This document shows, one piece after another, positions 52,066-64,000 of a DNA stretch of 64,000 nt (position 1 is its first letter; each line of letters starts with the position of its first letter). The position numbers were made by a program, and so were the translations under genes. The stretch is from Squalus acanthias (lineage: Eukaryota): NCBI GenBank assembly GCA_030390025.1, contig CM059433.1, positions 23,562,001 to 23,626,000 of the forward strand, written 5' to 3'. The notes beneath the pieces were generated by a model. It was given only the letters and a program-made list of their open reading frames with translations, did not search any database and had not been told where the DNA came from.

Positions 52066-53672
52066 TGTAAGGGGTGACACGCCTGTGGCTCTGTGCTTAG
52101 CCTGGGTGCTAGTGCGAGGTTAGGCCTTGTTGCCTGTTCTGGTCTCCAGCCAGCCTGGTAGCACTAGACACCTGTGAGTGGTTCGACCCACTCGCCCTTA
52201 CGGTTCTGACACTGGACTTAGGTGCGAGAGCAATAATGAAGAGAAAACTCAGGTAGACCCGGTTGAATAGTGCGAAATGGAAAATCTTTATTGCATATTA
52301 TTCAAGATTACGAAATACATGTCATAAGCACAGATTAATGACAGTACAATCTTACACGCGGTTATGTAGCTAATTTTAGGGAAACGAGGAGCGCACGACA
52401 CATCGAAAAAGGGGGCACACAATACAATTATCCTTAAAACTTAAACCCTCCCCTATCAATACCTGTTCTAAACTAGATTTGTAGGATCGAGACTCATGCT
52501 CACCACTCGTGATAACTCGGAGAATTCCGAAAACTCTGCTCGGATGTTTTTACCGCAGCACCTGACCACCCACGTGTTGATCAGGGGTCTCTGTACCCCA
52601 CTTGTTTACTCGTTTCTGCTCCGGCTAGCAGGCTGGACCGTCTGCTGTCATGAAGATCTGTGTTGTCCTCGGAGTTCCGATACTACTCGAAGAAGAGTCT
52701 TCCTGTGCCCTCACCAGTTTGTAAAATTCAAAAAATGGTCTTCCTGGGCAAGGAAAAGTGTTTATTCGACTTGCAAGCGCGGTCGGAGCTTACTGACCAT
52801 GGCGATACGTATTGTCGTCTTCTTCTCTTCTCATCTCATCTCATCTCATCTCATCTCATCTCGGGCCTTCGGTTCCAACACCGTTTACCGACTTCTCGGG
52901 ATGGTGTGCCCGTTTCAAGGCTTCACAGCCCAGTTCCACACAGATCTTCGCGGCAAGCCACGAGGTTGATCCTGGCGGATCAGAAAGTTCAATAGTCTTT
53001 CAGCAAGTCGAGCAGCAAGAGTCAAGATCCACGAGTCAAGAGACAGATGGACGGTTGTACCTTACAGTTATAGTGCTGTAATTCCTCTTTTCCCGCCCAA
53101 TCTTAATGTCTTTCTTTTGTCAGGGTTTTGGCGCTCAAACTTCTTGTATAGGGTGATCTCCGTTTAATGGGTTTCGGTGATACTTGTAACTGTCTGAGTA
53201 CCCGTTAATACTTCTCCCATTGTGTAACCGGTCAGTATTCTCCCTGGAGGGGTTTTGGGGCTTCCAAATGTTTCTGTAACTACCCGCAAACGGCTCTCTC
53301 ATCGTAGAGTCGTGGGGATTTTGCATATTAATGTCTTTGGATGGGTTCTTGATCGCTTGGTACAATAGCCCTTATTCGCACCTGGGAGACCGATTCCAGT
53401 ATTTATGTGTAAAATGCAAACCCATTATGTCTTGTGAATTATCTCAAATGTGCTGAGTCTTGTCCGATCTCGCACAAATGTTTATTGGAACGCCATCTTG
53501 TCTGCTTATTGAAAGGTCTGGAACGTTCTGCCACGAGGCGTGGTGGCCATTTTACAGGCTGCTTGTGTCCACTTTGAAAACCTGACAGCATTCTGCTGAA
53601 ATAAAACCGTTGGTACGAAACTATGTGTCTCCTTCTTATTTATAAAATCGTGATAATTTTGCGAATTCTACA
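52066..53672 (-). repeat. 5' LTR
   Basis: Copy of 40305-41911; TATA-like CTATAA at 53068-53073 (minus). Confidence 0.97.
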
Positions 53673-53699
53673 TGACACCAGAGCTGCCATTTTCATCCT

Positions 53700-54560
53700 C
53701 AACGCTGTAAGTAAGAGCAATTCTCTTACCTCAAACTGAGCCAGGAGCAGTGTGTGAGGCGTCTGCGCTTTATGAAGGAGGTGCTCACAGAACTCTGCCT
53801 CCACTTGCAGCCTCACACCAGGGCAAGGACAGCACTGCCAGTGACTGTGAAGGTGACCGTGGCCCTGAATTTCCTCGCTTCGGGATCCTTCCAGGCTGAA
53901 GCAGGCAACATCTGTAACATCTCCGAGTTCGCCGTCCACTGCTGCATAAGACAGGTGACAGACGCTCTTTATGCCAGGAGAGGGGACTTCATTGTCTTCT
54001 CTCTGACCAGAGAGAAGCAGGCGGAGCACGCACGTGGTTTTGCCAGGATTGCGGGCTTTCCCATGGTTCACGGCGCCATTGACTACACACACGTGGCTTT
54101 GCAGGCACCGCATCTAAATACTGAGATGTACCGCAACCGCAAAGGTTTTCACTCGCTGAATGTGCAGTTGGTGTATGACCATGCTCAGCACATCATGATC
54201 GTGAATCCTGGCAGCAGTAATGATACTTTTATTCTGTGCCAGTCCACTGTTCCCTCAGTCTTTGTACCACTACGATAAACCAGAGGGTGACTACTGGCTG
54301 ACTAGGGCTATCCGCTGACCACCTGGCTCATGATCCCACTCCGCAACCCATCCACATGTGGGCAGCATGCGTACAATGAGAGCCATGCTGCCACACGGAA
54401 TCTGATAGAGTTGACCACTGGCATCCTTAAACAACGCTTCTGCTGCCTGGACCGCTCAGGAGGAGGCCCTGCCATACTCACCAGAACGTGTCTCAAGATT
54501 CATGGTCTGCTACATGCTCCACAACCTCGCCATCATGAGGGCCCTTGCCACCAGTCATAA
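53700..54560 (+). pseudogene. Harbinger (PIF) DDE transposase, decayed
   Basis: LNFLASGSFQ, GAIDYTHV, YRNRKGFHSLNVQLV, PGSSND, YNESH..TRNLIE..GILKQRF; stops and frameshifts; followed by a GAG-rich acidic tract. Confidence 0.9.
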
Positions 54561-54927
54561 GGCAACCAGCTGAGGAGGAGGAGGAGGAAAAGAAGGATGA
54601 GGAAGCGGAAGTGGAAGAGGAGGATGAGGAAGCGGAAGAGGAAGAGGAGGATGAGGAAGCGGAAGAGGAAGAGGAGGAACCAGAAGGGAGGAAGCAACCA
54701 GACAGCCCCTTTCTGCTTGGGCTGTCCATGATCGACTCATCTGACTGTGGTAAGAGTGAACGCAACCCCAATCCAACATTCAACAATGTCCCACACCTTA
54801 CCTTCCCTCTGTTACTGACTATCACACCATCCTGTTGGCCACAATGCTGAAATAAAAGCCACCACAAAAGAAACATTCCAATCCAACTTTATCCATCAAT
54901 CCATCCATTATAATCTAACAAAGTCAA

Positions 54928-56690
54928 CTAATCACCCTTGTATATTCCCTTATTGCTTGTCATCAGTGTGCCTTTGCCTGTCCTAGTGCTCTTACAAAGT
55001 GCTACCCCAGTGGCTGCAGCATGGTTGGTGGGAGGCTGCTGACTTTCAGTGGGGGAGACTGCAGATGGCCTTGGAGGACAACTTTGAGCAGCTCTTGGCC
55101 TAGAAGACCCGGCTTCGGACTGCACCACCTCAGCATGTCCGGCAGTAGTCTCGGCTGGTTGGCTGACTGGCAACAGCAAGGGCACTGGCGTAGTGGCAGT
55201 GGTGGGAGGACGAATGCTGTCATCCTGACACAGGACAGCAGGTTCGTGTTCCACAGAGCCACTGGCACTCACACAGGGCGGCGTCTCAGGATTCCTACCC
55301 ATCTGTTGGAGGACAGACTGCTGGACTGCTGTGACATCCTGCAAGCCCCTTTCCACACTGGTAACCTCAGCCATGATGGCAGCAGTCTGAGCCCGCATGA
55401 GAGTAGACTGACCTTGCATGACAGAAGTCTGAGCTTCCACTGCAGCACTCAGACGTTGGGTGGCTTCTGCTTGTGCTGCAATGGAAGCTAAGACATCAGC
55501 CATCAGACGCTGCATCATGGTTGGGTCCACAAGTGTGCCAGTGGATCTGCCCACCCCTTCCATGCTGGAAAAGATGGACTCCAAGCTCTGCACAAAGCTC
55601 TGTGCAAGATTGGTTCCGGACTCCTCCATGCTCTTTGACATTGCACTCAGGCTTTCTGGAAGGCCTGCCAATGCACCAAGCATTTCGTTATGCATACCCA
55701 TCAGTGTTTTTCTGTAGGCCGCTCCATCGAAGTCCTCATCTAAGTCCTCTGCAGCAGAACTCGCGTGCGACCTCGCCCTCTGGGGAGCTGGTACCTGCGC
55801 TACCCTTTCCTCCTGCCCTGGCTGTAGCGCACTCATGCCCGGTGACTCACCACGTGCCGATCCTGCCTCTAAGCTACCCTCTTAAACTCCGCGCAATGCC
55901 AGTATCTGAGCTGGTGCCTGTGACTGTCAGATCGAGCGGCAATGTTTCTTCTTCATCATCAATCTCCTCTCCCTCTTCTTCTTGCACCACTGGCTGGGCA
56001 AGTTGGATTTCTTGGGTCTCTGAAATGAGAAAGGCACAAGGGTAGGATTGTGGTGAGGGGAGTGGAGGAAAGCAAGACATGCATGCTTACATCATGTGCA
56101 GATTGTAAATCAGAAGAGATTGCGGGATGAGGGGGAAGTGGGATGTGAAAAGGAGGATAACCTATGAGGATACCGGCATCTTGTACTCTTTCAGCCTCGC
56201 CGCTGTCCAGGGGCTCAGCCATGCCCCTCCCAAGAATGGCCAACACCGTCTCCTCACAGAGGGTCAGGTGATGCAGGTGAGCCTGTCCCCCACTGGTTAG
56301 GTGCTGCTGGTCATGGTTATGTGCCACCTTTTCCTTCAAGAGAAAGGGAAGTGTGTCAGTGAGTGTGGTGCAATGTGTTTGGGTGATGTGCCTGTCATGA
56401 TTGAATGGCTGACAGTTTGTGCAAGCTGTGAGATGTGGGTGTGAGTCTTGCAACAGATGTAAGTGTGTGAGGCTGAGGTGAAGCTATGAATGTGGGGTAT
56501 GAATCTTTGGTAGAGATTGTTGATAGGTGAGTAATGGGGGTGTGGTGCATTGAGGCTATTGGTGCAGATGGTGGGATATGGTACTTGAAGATGAATTCAC
56601 TGACCTTGATCACTCATGTGAGGTCATTCAACTTCTTCCTGCACTGCGTACAAGTCCTCAGAGTAACACTGCTGGCATTCACCACAGTGG
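54928..56690 (-). pseudogene. Harbinger second gene (Myb/SANT-like DNA-binding protein), decayed and intron-containing
   Basis: RTCTQCRKKLNDL at 56614-56660, EKVAHN...SGGQ segment, 302-aa coiled-coil ORF 54928-55836; convergent with the transposase; GAATTTCTAGGCC terminal repeat at ~58434-58446. Confidence 0.7.
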
Positions 56691-56692
56691 CT

Positions 56693-58016
56693 GTCTGGGA
56701 TGTGGGCGTCGCTCGCAAGGCCAGCATTTCTTCCCCATTTCTAATTGCCATTGAGAAGGAGGTTGTGAGCCGCCTTCTTGAACCGCTGCAGTCCATGTGC
56801 TGAAGGTACTCACACAGTGCTATTAGGGAGGGAGTTCCAGGACTTTGACCTAGTGACGATGAAGGAATAGCGATATATTTCCAAGTCAGGATGGTGTGTG
56901 ACTTGGAGGGGAACTTGCAGGTGATGGTGTTCCCATGCATCTGCTGCTCTTGTCCTTCTAGGTGGTAGAGGTCACGGGTTCGGGAGGTGCTGTCAAAGAA
57001 GGCTTGGGGAGCTGCTGCAGTGCATCTTATAGATGGTACACACTACAGCCACGGTGCATCGGTGGTGGAGGGAGTGAATGTTTAAGGTGATGGATAGAGT
57101 GCAATCAAGCGGGCTGCTTTGTACTGGATGGTGTCGAGCTTCTTGAGTGTTGTTGGAGCTGCACTCATTCCATCACACTCCTGACTTGTGTCTTGTAGAT
57201 GGTGGAAAGGTTTTGGGGAGTCAGGAGGTGAGACACTTGCAGCAGAATACCCAGTCTCTGACCTGCTCTTGTAGCCACAGTATTTATTTGGCTGGTCCAG
57301 TTAAGTTTCTGGTCAATGGTGACCCCAGGATGTTGATGGTGGGGGATTCAGCGATGGTAATGCCGTTGAATGTCAAGAGGTGGTGGTTAGACTCTCGCTT
57401 GTTGGAGATAGTCATTGCCTGGCACTTGTGTGGCGCAAATGTTACTTGCCACTTATCAGCCCAAGCCTGATTGTCATCCAGGTCTTGCATCATGCAGGCA
57501 TGGACTACTTCATTATCTGAGGAGTTGTGAATGGAACTGAACACTGTGCAATCATCAGCAAACAACCCCACTTCTGACCTTATGATGGAGGGAAGGTCAT
57601 TGATGAAGCAACTGAAGATGGTTGGGCTTAGGACTCTGCCCTGAGGAACTCCTGCAGCAATGGCCTGGGGCTGAGATGATGGGCCTCCAACAACCACAAC
57701 CATCTTTGTTTCTGCTAGGTATGACTCCAGCCAGTGGAGAGTTTTTCCCCCCGATTCCCATTGATTTCAATTTTACTAGGGTTCCTTGATGCCACACTCG
57801 GTCAAATGCTGCCTTGATGTCAAGGGCAGTCACTCTCACCTCACTTCTGGAATTCAGCTCCTTTGTCCATGTTTGGACCAAGGCTGTAATGAGATCTGGA
57901 GCCGAGTGGTCCTGGCGGAACCCAAACTGAATATCGGTGAGCTGGTTATTGGTGAGTAAGTGCTGCTTGATAGCACTGCCGACGACACCTTCCATCACTT
58001 TGTTGATGATTGAGAA
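56693..58016 (-). mobile_element. LINE ('YSPLAWMSA' family) nested in the Harbinger
   Basis: ALDIKAAFDRVWH, GVPQG, LFADDC. Confidence 0.9.
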
Positions 58017-58726
58017 TTGCACTTTGGTCTGTTTCCTGGAGGTCCCTGTGAAAAGAGGACCTCCTATTGACCTCCCATCAAAGCCTCCAGTGCTGCATCT
58101 GAGAACCTTGGTACACGCTCTCCCCACTGTGGTGCCATCATGAATTGATTTTTTGCGCTGTCTTCCTCAGCCAGTTGAATGAGCTGCTGCAGGCAGAATG
58201 AACCTCCACTTTAAGAGGTGCAGGCTGCCTTTAAGTAGTGCAGGCTAGCTTTAATTGGTGCTAGCCTCGCACGCACTTGGGCCCCCTGCTGAGCATTCAG
58301 CCTCTCAGCAGCATGTTCACCGCTGGGCTGAATGCTACAATCATGGAAATGAGCAGGCAGCTGTCTGCAGTCCTCTGATTGGGCACAAGTTCCTATCGTA
58401 TCGCGATCCCTGCGCCCGTTTTCAGGGGCAAAGGAATTTCTAGGCCACAATATTCTCACCAGAATGGAAGCATGTGCTAGTTGTACTAGGTGGTATTAAC
58501 ATTGAGCCACAGATTCGGCTATGTATTTTATTTATACAGAAATTGGAAGCTTTGTACTTTCTACAGGTCATTTTTGTGACTTCACACTGCTGGTGGGGGA
58601 ACTTTATCCATAAAGAGTGTAGTTTAGAAATTCCGTTACTTTTTTTCCCGATCATTACTCTAACCATTCCAACTCACTGATCTCCTCGAGTTCAACTCTA
58701 TTTATCAATCCATTCTTTCAATAACT

Positions 58727-60098
58727 TAGAAACATAGGAACAGGAGTAGGCCATTCAGTCACTCGAGCCTGTTCCACCATTCTATTAGACCATGGTTGAT
58801 CTGTATGTTAACTCCATTTACTTGCATTGGTTCCACAACTCTTGCTAACTAAAATCTATAAAATCTCAGTTTTGAAATTTTCAATTGACCCTCAGCCGCA
58901 ACAGCTTTTTGGTAGAAGAGAGTTCCAGATTTCCACTACCCTTTGTGTGAAAATGTGCTTCCGGACATCACCCCTGAACAGCCTAGCTCTAATTTTAAGG
59001 TTATGCCCCCCTTGTTCTGGACTCCCCCACCATAGGAAATAGTTTTTCTCTCTATCTACCCTATCAAATCCATTAATCAACTTAAAAACCTCAATTAGAT
59101 CACCCGTTAATCTTCTATACTCAAGGGTATACAAGCCTAGTCTATGCAACCTGTCCTCATAATTTAATCCTATGTTGTACCTCTTCCAAGATCAATATAT
59201 CCTTCCTGAGGTGCGGTGCCCAGAACTGAATACAGTACTCCAGATGGGGTCTAACCAGAGCTTTATTACTGTAACATAACTTCCACCCCTTTGTAATCCA
59301 GCCCCCTTGAAATAAAGGGCAACATTCCATTAGCCTTTTAAATTTTTTTGTACCTGTCCACTAGCTTTTAGTGATTTCTGTACATGGACCCCTAAATCTC
59401 TCCGCTCCTCCACAGATCGGGTTTCTCACCATTTAGAATGTACTCTGATCTATCTTTCTTAGGTCCAAAGTGGATGACCTCACACTTCCTTACATTAAGC
59501 TCCATCTGCCACAGTTTTGTACACTCACTTAATCAATTACCTTTTGCAACTATCTGGTCCCATCTATGTTATTTACTATGCCACTTTATTTGGTGTCACC
59601 AACAAACTTGGATATACGGCTCTCTAGTCTTTCATCTAGGTCATTTATAAATATAGTGAAAAGCAGTAAAGTTCCCTAGGGGACACCACTAGTCACATTC
59701 TGCCAATTTGAGTACATACCCATTATCCCTCCTCTCTGTCTCCTACCTCCTAACCAATTGTCTCCAATTCCATGCGCTCTCATTTTTGTTAACAGTCTCT
59801 TGTGTGGAACCTTATTGAATGCCTTCTGGAAGTCCATATAAATAACATCCGTAGACACTCCCTTATCTACCATGTTAGTGATCTCCTCAAACAGTTCAAC
59901 TAGGTCGTTAGACATGACTTATCCTTTACAAATCCATGCTCACTCTCTCTGATCAGTTCATGTTTATCCAAGTGCTCAGTCACTCTGTCCCTAATAACAG
60001 ATCCCAGTAATTTCCTCACCACAGCTGTTAGACTAATAGGCATATAATTTCCTAGTTTATCTCTCTTACCCTTCTTAAATAATAGAATGACATTGGCA
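58727..60098 (-). mobile_element. Old CR1-type LINE fragment
   Basis: YMDFQKAFNKVPH, RLTGDLIEVFK. Confidence 0.9.
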
Positions 60099-60109
60099 TC
60101 TGCTACTCA

Positions 60110-61885
60110 GACTGGCAAGAGGTGGGAAGTGCTGTTCCACAGGGATCGGTGCTGTGGCCACTGTTGTTCACCATTTACAATAATGATTTGGATTCGGGAA
60201 TTGGAAATACAATTTCAAAATTTGCAGATGACACCAAATTGGGGTGTATAGTTAATACTGAGGAAGAATGCAACAAAATACAAGAAGACATTATTAAACT
60301 TGCAAAATGAGTGTGTAATTGGAAAATCAATTTCTATATAGATACGTGTGAGCAGGTGCATTTTGGTAGGAAGAATAATGAGGCCGCATACTGGTTGGAT
60401 AATAGGGGGGAGAAATTCCCCGAGAGGGCCTTTGGGGCGCTAAGTCAAAAATGTTTGAAAAGTTAGCGCCAGGCACTAACCTTTTCAAACATTTGAGGAA
60501 TTCCCATTTTTTGCTCCAAGAGGGAAGTGGAGCGCTAAATCAAGCTCCGCTTGCCTCTTGGAGCGCAAGAGGCGGGGATTTGTCCCGATCCAGGGCGAAG
60601 TGCTCAGCAGCGCCACAAGTGGCCACGCGTGGCACTGCCACATTGCCGGGGCTCTTCCCTCAATTAAAGGGAAGGGCTCCCCGCTGCGAGCGCTGCATTT
60701 TTTTTTGGCATCTGCTGGAGCACCGGGGTGACCGATTGCGGCACTCAGGCTGAGTGCCGACTGACCGATCGCGGCACTTAGCCCATGTCCAGTGCTCAGA
60801 AATTTATTTTTTTTAAATCGGCAATTTTGTTCATGTCGGCCAGCAACCGCGCGTTTAAGTTGTGCCCCGCGAGTGACCGGCCTCACTGTTTGCAACCCCT
60901 GCAGCAGTCGGTAACATCGCCCGGCACTGCTGCGGGGCGCGAGGGGAATTTTTCTCCCGAGGCGCTGCGCCCAGAGCTGACGTTATGATCTCCGGGCGGA
61001 GAAGATCGGGGCGATACCCGGTAGCGCCACCACTAATTTCCCGCGGAATTTTGCGGGAGGCGCAGTTAGTGCCTCGGGGTGGGCGGAGGAAAAGCCATTT
61101 GCACCTGGTTAGCGCCTCCCACCGGAAGCGCAAACAAGGGGAATTTTGCCCCCTAGGAGTCTAAATGGGGTAGAGGAGCAAAGGGATCTGGGGTACAGAT
61201 ACACAAATCACTGAAAACAGCGACGTAGGTTAATAAGGCCGTTAAAAAAGGAAACAATGCACTGGAGTTCATTTCTAGAGGAATAGAATTGAAAAGCAGA
61301 GACGTTATGTTAAACTTGTAGACAACCTTAGTTGGATTTCACTTAGAGTGCTTTGCACAGTTCTGGTCTCCATGTCATAAAAAGAATCTAGAGGCACTGA
61401 AGAAGGTGCAAAACAGATTCCCAAAATGATACCAGAATTGAGAGGATATACTTATCAGGAAAGGCTGAGCAGGCTGGAAAAAATAAGACTGAGAGGTGAC
61501 CTAATAGAGGTCTATAAGATTATGAAAGGGTTCGATAGAGTAGACGTAGAGAAAATGTTTCCACTTGTGGGGGAGTCCAAAACTAAGGGTCATAAATATA
61601 AGATAGTCACTAATAAATCCAATAAGGAATTCAGGAGAAACTTCTTTACCCAGAGAGTGGTTAGAATGTGGAACTTGCTACCATAAGAAGTAGTTGAGGC
61701 AAATAGCATAGTTGCATTTAAGGGGAAGTTAGATAAGTACATGAGGGAGAAAGGAATAGAAGGATATGCTGATAGGGTTAGATGAAGTAGAGTGGGAGGT
61801 GGCTTGTGTGGTGCATAAAGGCTGCCATGGACCAGTTGGGCTAAATGACCTGTTTCTGTGCTGTAGACTCGATGTAACTCAATGT
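60110..61885 (+). mobile_element. CR1-type LINE fragment split by a MITE
   Basis: VPQGSVL, KFADDTK, RLRGDLIEVYK; similar to 20220-21265. Confidence 0.9.
60406..61153. mobile_element. GC-rich Harbinger-type MITE
   Basis: TIR GGGGGAGAAATTCCC / GGGAATTTTGCCCCC, 3-bp TSD TAG. Confidence 0.9.
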
Positions 61886-63635
61886 AATTTTCCAATCCAA
61901 GGGGACAATTCCTGAATCAACAGAGTTTTGGAAGTACGTGACTACAATTTCCTCAACTTCTTTTAATATCCTGGGGTGGTAACCATCAGGTCTTGGAGAT
62001 TTGTCTATCTTTCGTCTCATTATTTTCTTCATTATAATTTTTTTAACTTATATTATATCTAGTAAGTTCCTCTCCTTGATTTATTTTTAATTTTAACTTA
62101 ATTAGCATACAAGGTTCACTTTGCTCACCAGAGCTCTGACTACAATCAAGATACCATAACACACATGGGACATGGGACTCTTTTCATACTTCAACCTAGA
62201 TTTTCCAATGGGTGTTAATTTAATGTCAGCGTTAGCCCATTCATTTTAAATTCATATAATGTCAATCAGAATATCTAGGCTTTACATTTCTTATGCTAAT
62301 ATACCCCTAATTTAAAGAGTAGCCATTGTTCCAATTAAACTTAGGTTTTCTGCCCCCTTCTTTTAATGGATGAGTGAGGAAAACTTATTTGGGATTATTT
62401 GGGATGTAATAAATAGGTACAGTCTCACTTCCCTCAACACATCTTACACTCAGGATAACGTAGGGATTGTATAAACTTATGTGATTTTGTTCTCTTGCAA
62501 TCTCTGGAGTGCTGGGCCGCAGCCAACATGTGATCCACTCCTTATAGTCTATAATTACCTTAGAAAACCTCACTCATCTGAACTCATCTTACACTCATGG
62601 TGACTTCCATAAATTATGTAAATTTATGCACTCTTGTTCTCTACCAGTCTCTGGAGTGTTAACCCTAAACTAACATGAGCTCCATTCCACGCTTCTGTAG
62701 AATCCTATCATGTAATTCCTCTCTGTTCTAATGCTACCCAAATTTCTCTATGCTTTATTTCAGAGTTCATGTTAAGACACTAATTTTGAAAATAAATCCT
62801 TAACAATGAAGCAGCTTTTATCTGAACAAACAGAAGGCATATGATTCATATCCTTATATTATACAGTGCAATAAATATTAACAGTTAAAGGCCAAAAGCT
62901 CAAATAATGATCTGAGTATAATACCACTAGAAAGCGTATAATGTTAAAGAATAAGGGTCACCGATTAGTAGCCTTAAAAAGTAACAATTACAAATAATAA
63001 TTCATAGTCATTTTTGTGTGTTTCTGTCTTTGTTTTCTTGAACATTTTGTTTGAACCATTCAATGTGCATCTCAAAATTTGCTGCACTGATTTGGAACAC
63101 TAGGGTCCAGGGAATGAGAGTGCCTAACTAATTATAGCAGAATTATAATGTTAGCACGAGCACTTCAGTTTTAATTGTGAATGTTAATTCACATTCAGAC
63201 TCCATAATGCACCCAACACAGCTCACATAAAGATGTCAGCAGCTTTCAGTGATTTTGAATGGAAACATTGCAAACAATCATCAGAAAGACAGATGTAAAC
63301 AAAAGGAAGCTGATCAGAATTCCTTTGCCATTTTTTTGGAAAATGGAAATGGACAGAGACACTGAGGTCGATTTTAAGCCTGCCGAAATTGGCATTATCC
63401 AAACAGTGACATTTTGTTAGCCTTGCCGCCTCATTAACTCCGACTATCAACCCGCTGTGACACGGGGCTAACGCTGGGGGGCTGAAACGCCTGCCTGTTT
63501 CAGGTGGTTTACCTCTTTTTAATATGCAAATTATAGTAACTGTCCAATGAATATTTAGTGTTGGATATGTTAGAAGTGAACAGTGACTTGGGGGAGGGTC
63601 GGCCTGAGCAACACTGCACCAGCGTGGAACAAGAA

Positions 63636-64000
63636 AGAAAGAAAACTATACATTTATATAGCACTTTTCATGTCCTCAGAACATCCCAAACGTCTTCAAA
63701 ACTAATGAATTACTTTTGTAGTGTAGTCACTGTTGTGTAGACAAACTTGCACACATTCAGGTCCCATAAATAGCAATGAGATGTTGATGTTGGTTGAGGG
63801 ATACATGTTGGCCAGGACACCAGGAGAATTCCCCATCTCTTCTTCAAATGTACTATGGGATGTCCAACTGAACAGGTAGAATCGACCTCAATTTAACATC
63901 TCATCCAACATAAGTTAACTCTGACAAAGCAACATGTCTTCAATACTGCACTGAAGTGTCAACTTAGATTATGTGCTCAAGTCCTAGAGGGGGTCTTGAA
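63636..64000 (-). mobile_element. Diverged DeuSINE running off the window end
   Basis: Reverse-complement similarity to 8590-8982. Confidence 0.7.

Larger units (their letters stand above)
40305..53672 (-). mobile_element. Full-length endogenous provirus, lokiretrovirus-like (LTR-gag-pol-env-LTR)
   Basis: Twin 1607-bp LTRs, TSD TGAC (40301-40304 and 53673-53676), PBS, PPT, dual RNase H pol, F-like env. Confidence 0.92.

Noticed and set aside
54545..54850. Acidic 101-aa protein
   Set aside because: GAG/GAA-rich tail of the decayed Harbinger transposase
63223..63360. Possible upstream exon of the minus-strand host gene
   Set aside because: The GTGAG donor phase does not match the 35127 exon, no clear acceptor, and no homology recognised

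Overview
Repeat-dense vertebrate genomic DNA, most likely from a cartilaginous fish (HE1/V-SINE, SacSINE1-like DeuSINE and HER1/CR1-type LINE signatures). The centrepiece is a young, full-length endogenous provirus on the minus strand (40305-53672). It has 1607-bp TG...CA LTRs differing at about 11 positions by eye, a 4-bp TGAC target-site duplication, PBS and PPT. Its layout is gag-pro-RT-tether-RNase H-integrase-env. The dual RNase H pol and the paramyxo/pneumovirus F-like env fit lokiretroviruses. Unusual points: the env carries an apparent N-terminal Ig domain, gag and pol are joined in frame by a CAA-TGA-CTAG readthrough signal, the gag ATG sits inside the PBS, and env is the only intact ORF. 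Two related solo LTRs lie at 779-2408 and 36185-37919. Also present: a Tx1-type LINE inserted into a SINE A-box, an intronless CHL1/L1CAM-like retro-pseudogene, a decayed two-gene Harbinger transposon with many Harbinger-type MITEs, a 15-bp minisatellite, and three phase-compatible candidate exons of an unidentified minus-strand host gene. All family assignments come from recognised motifs, not database searches.
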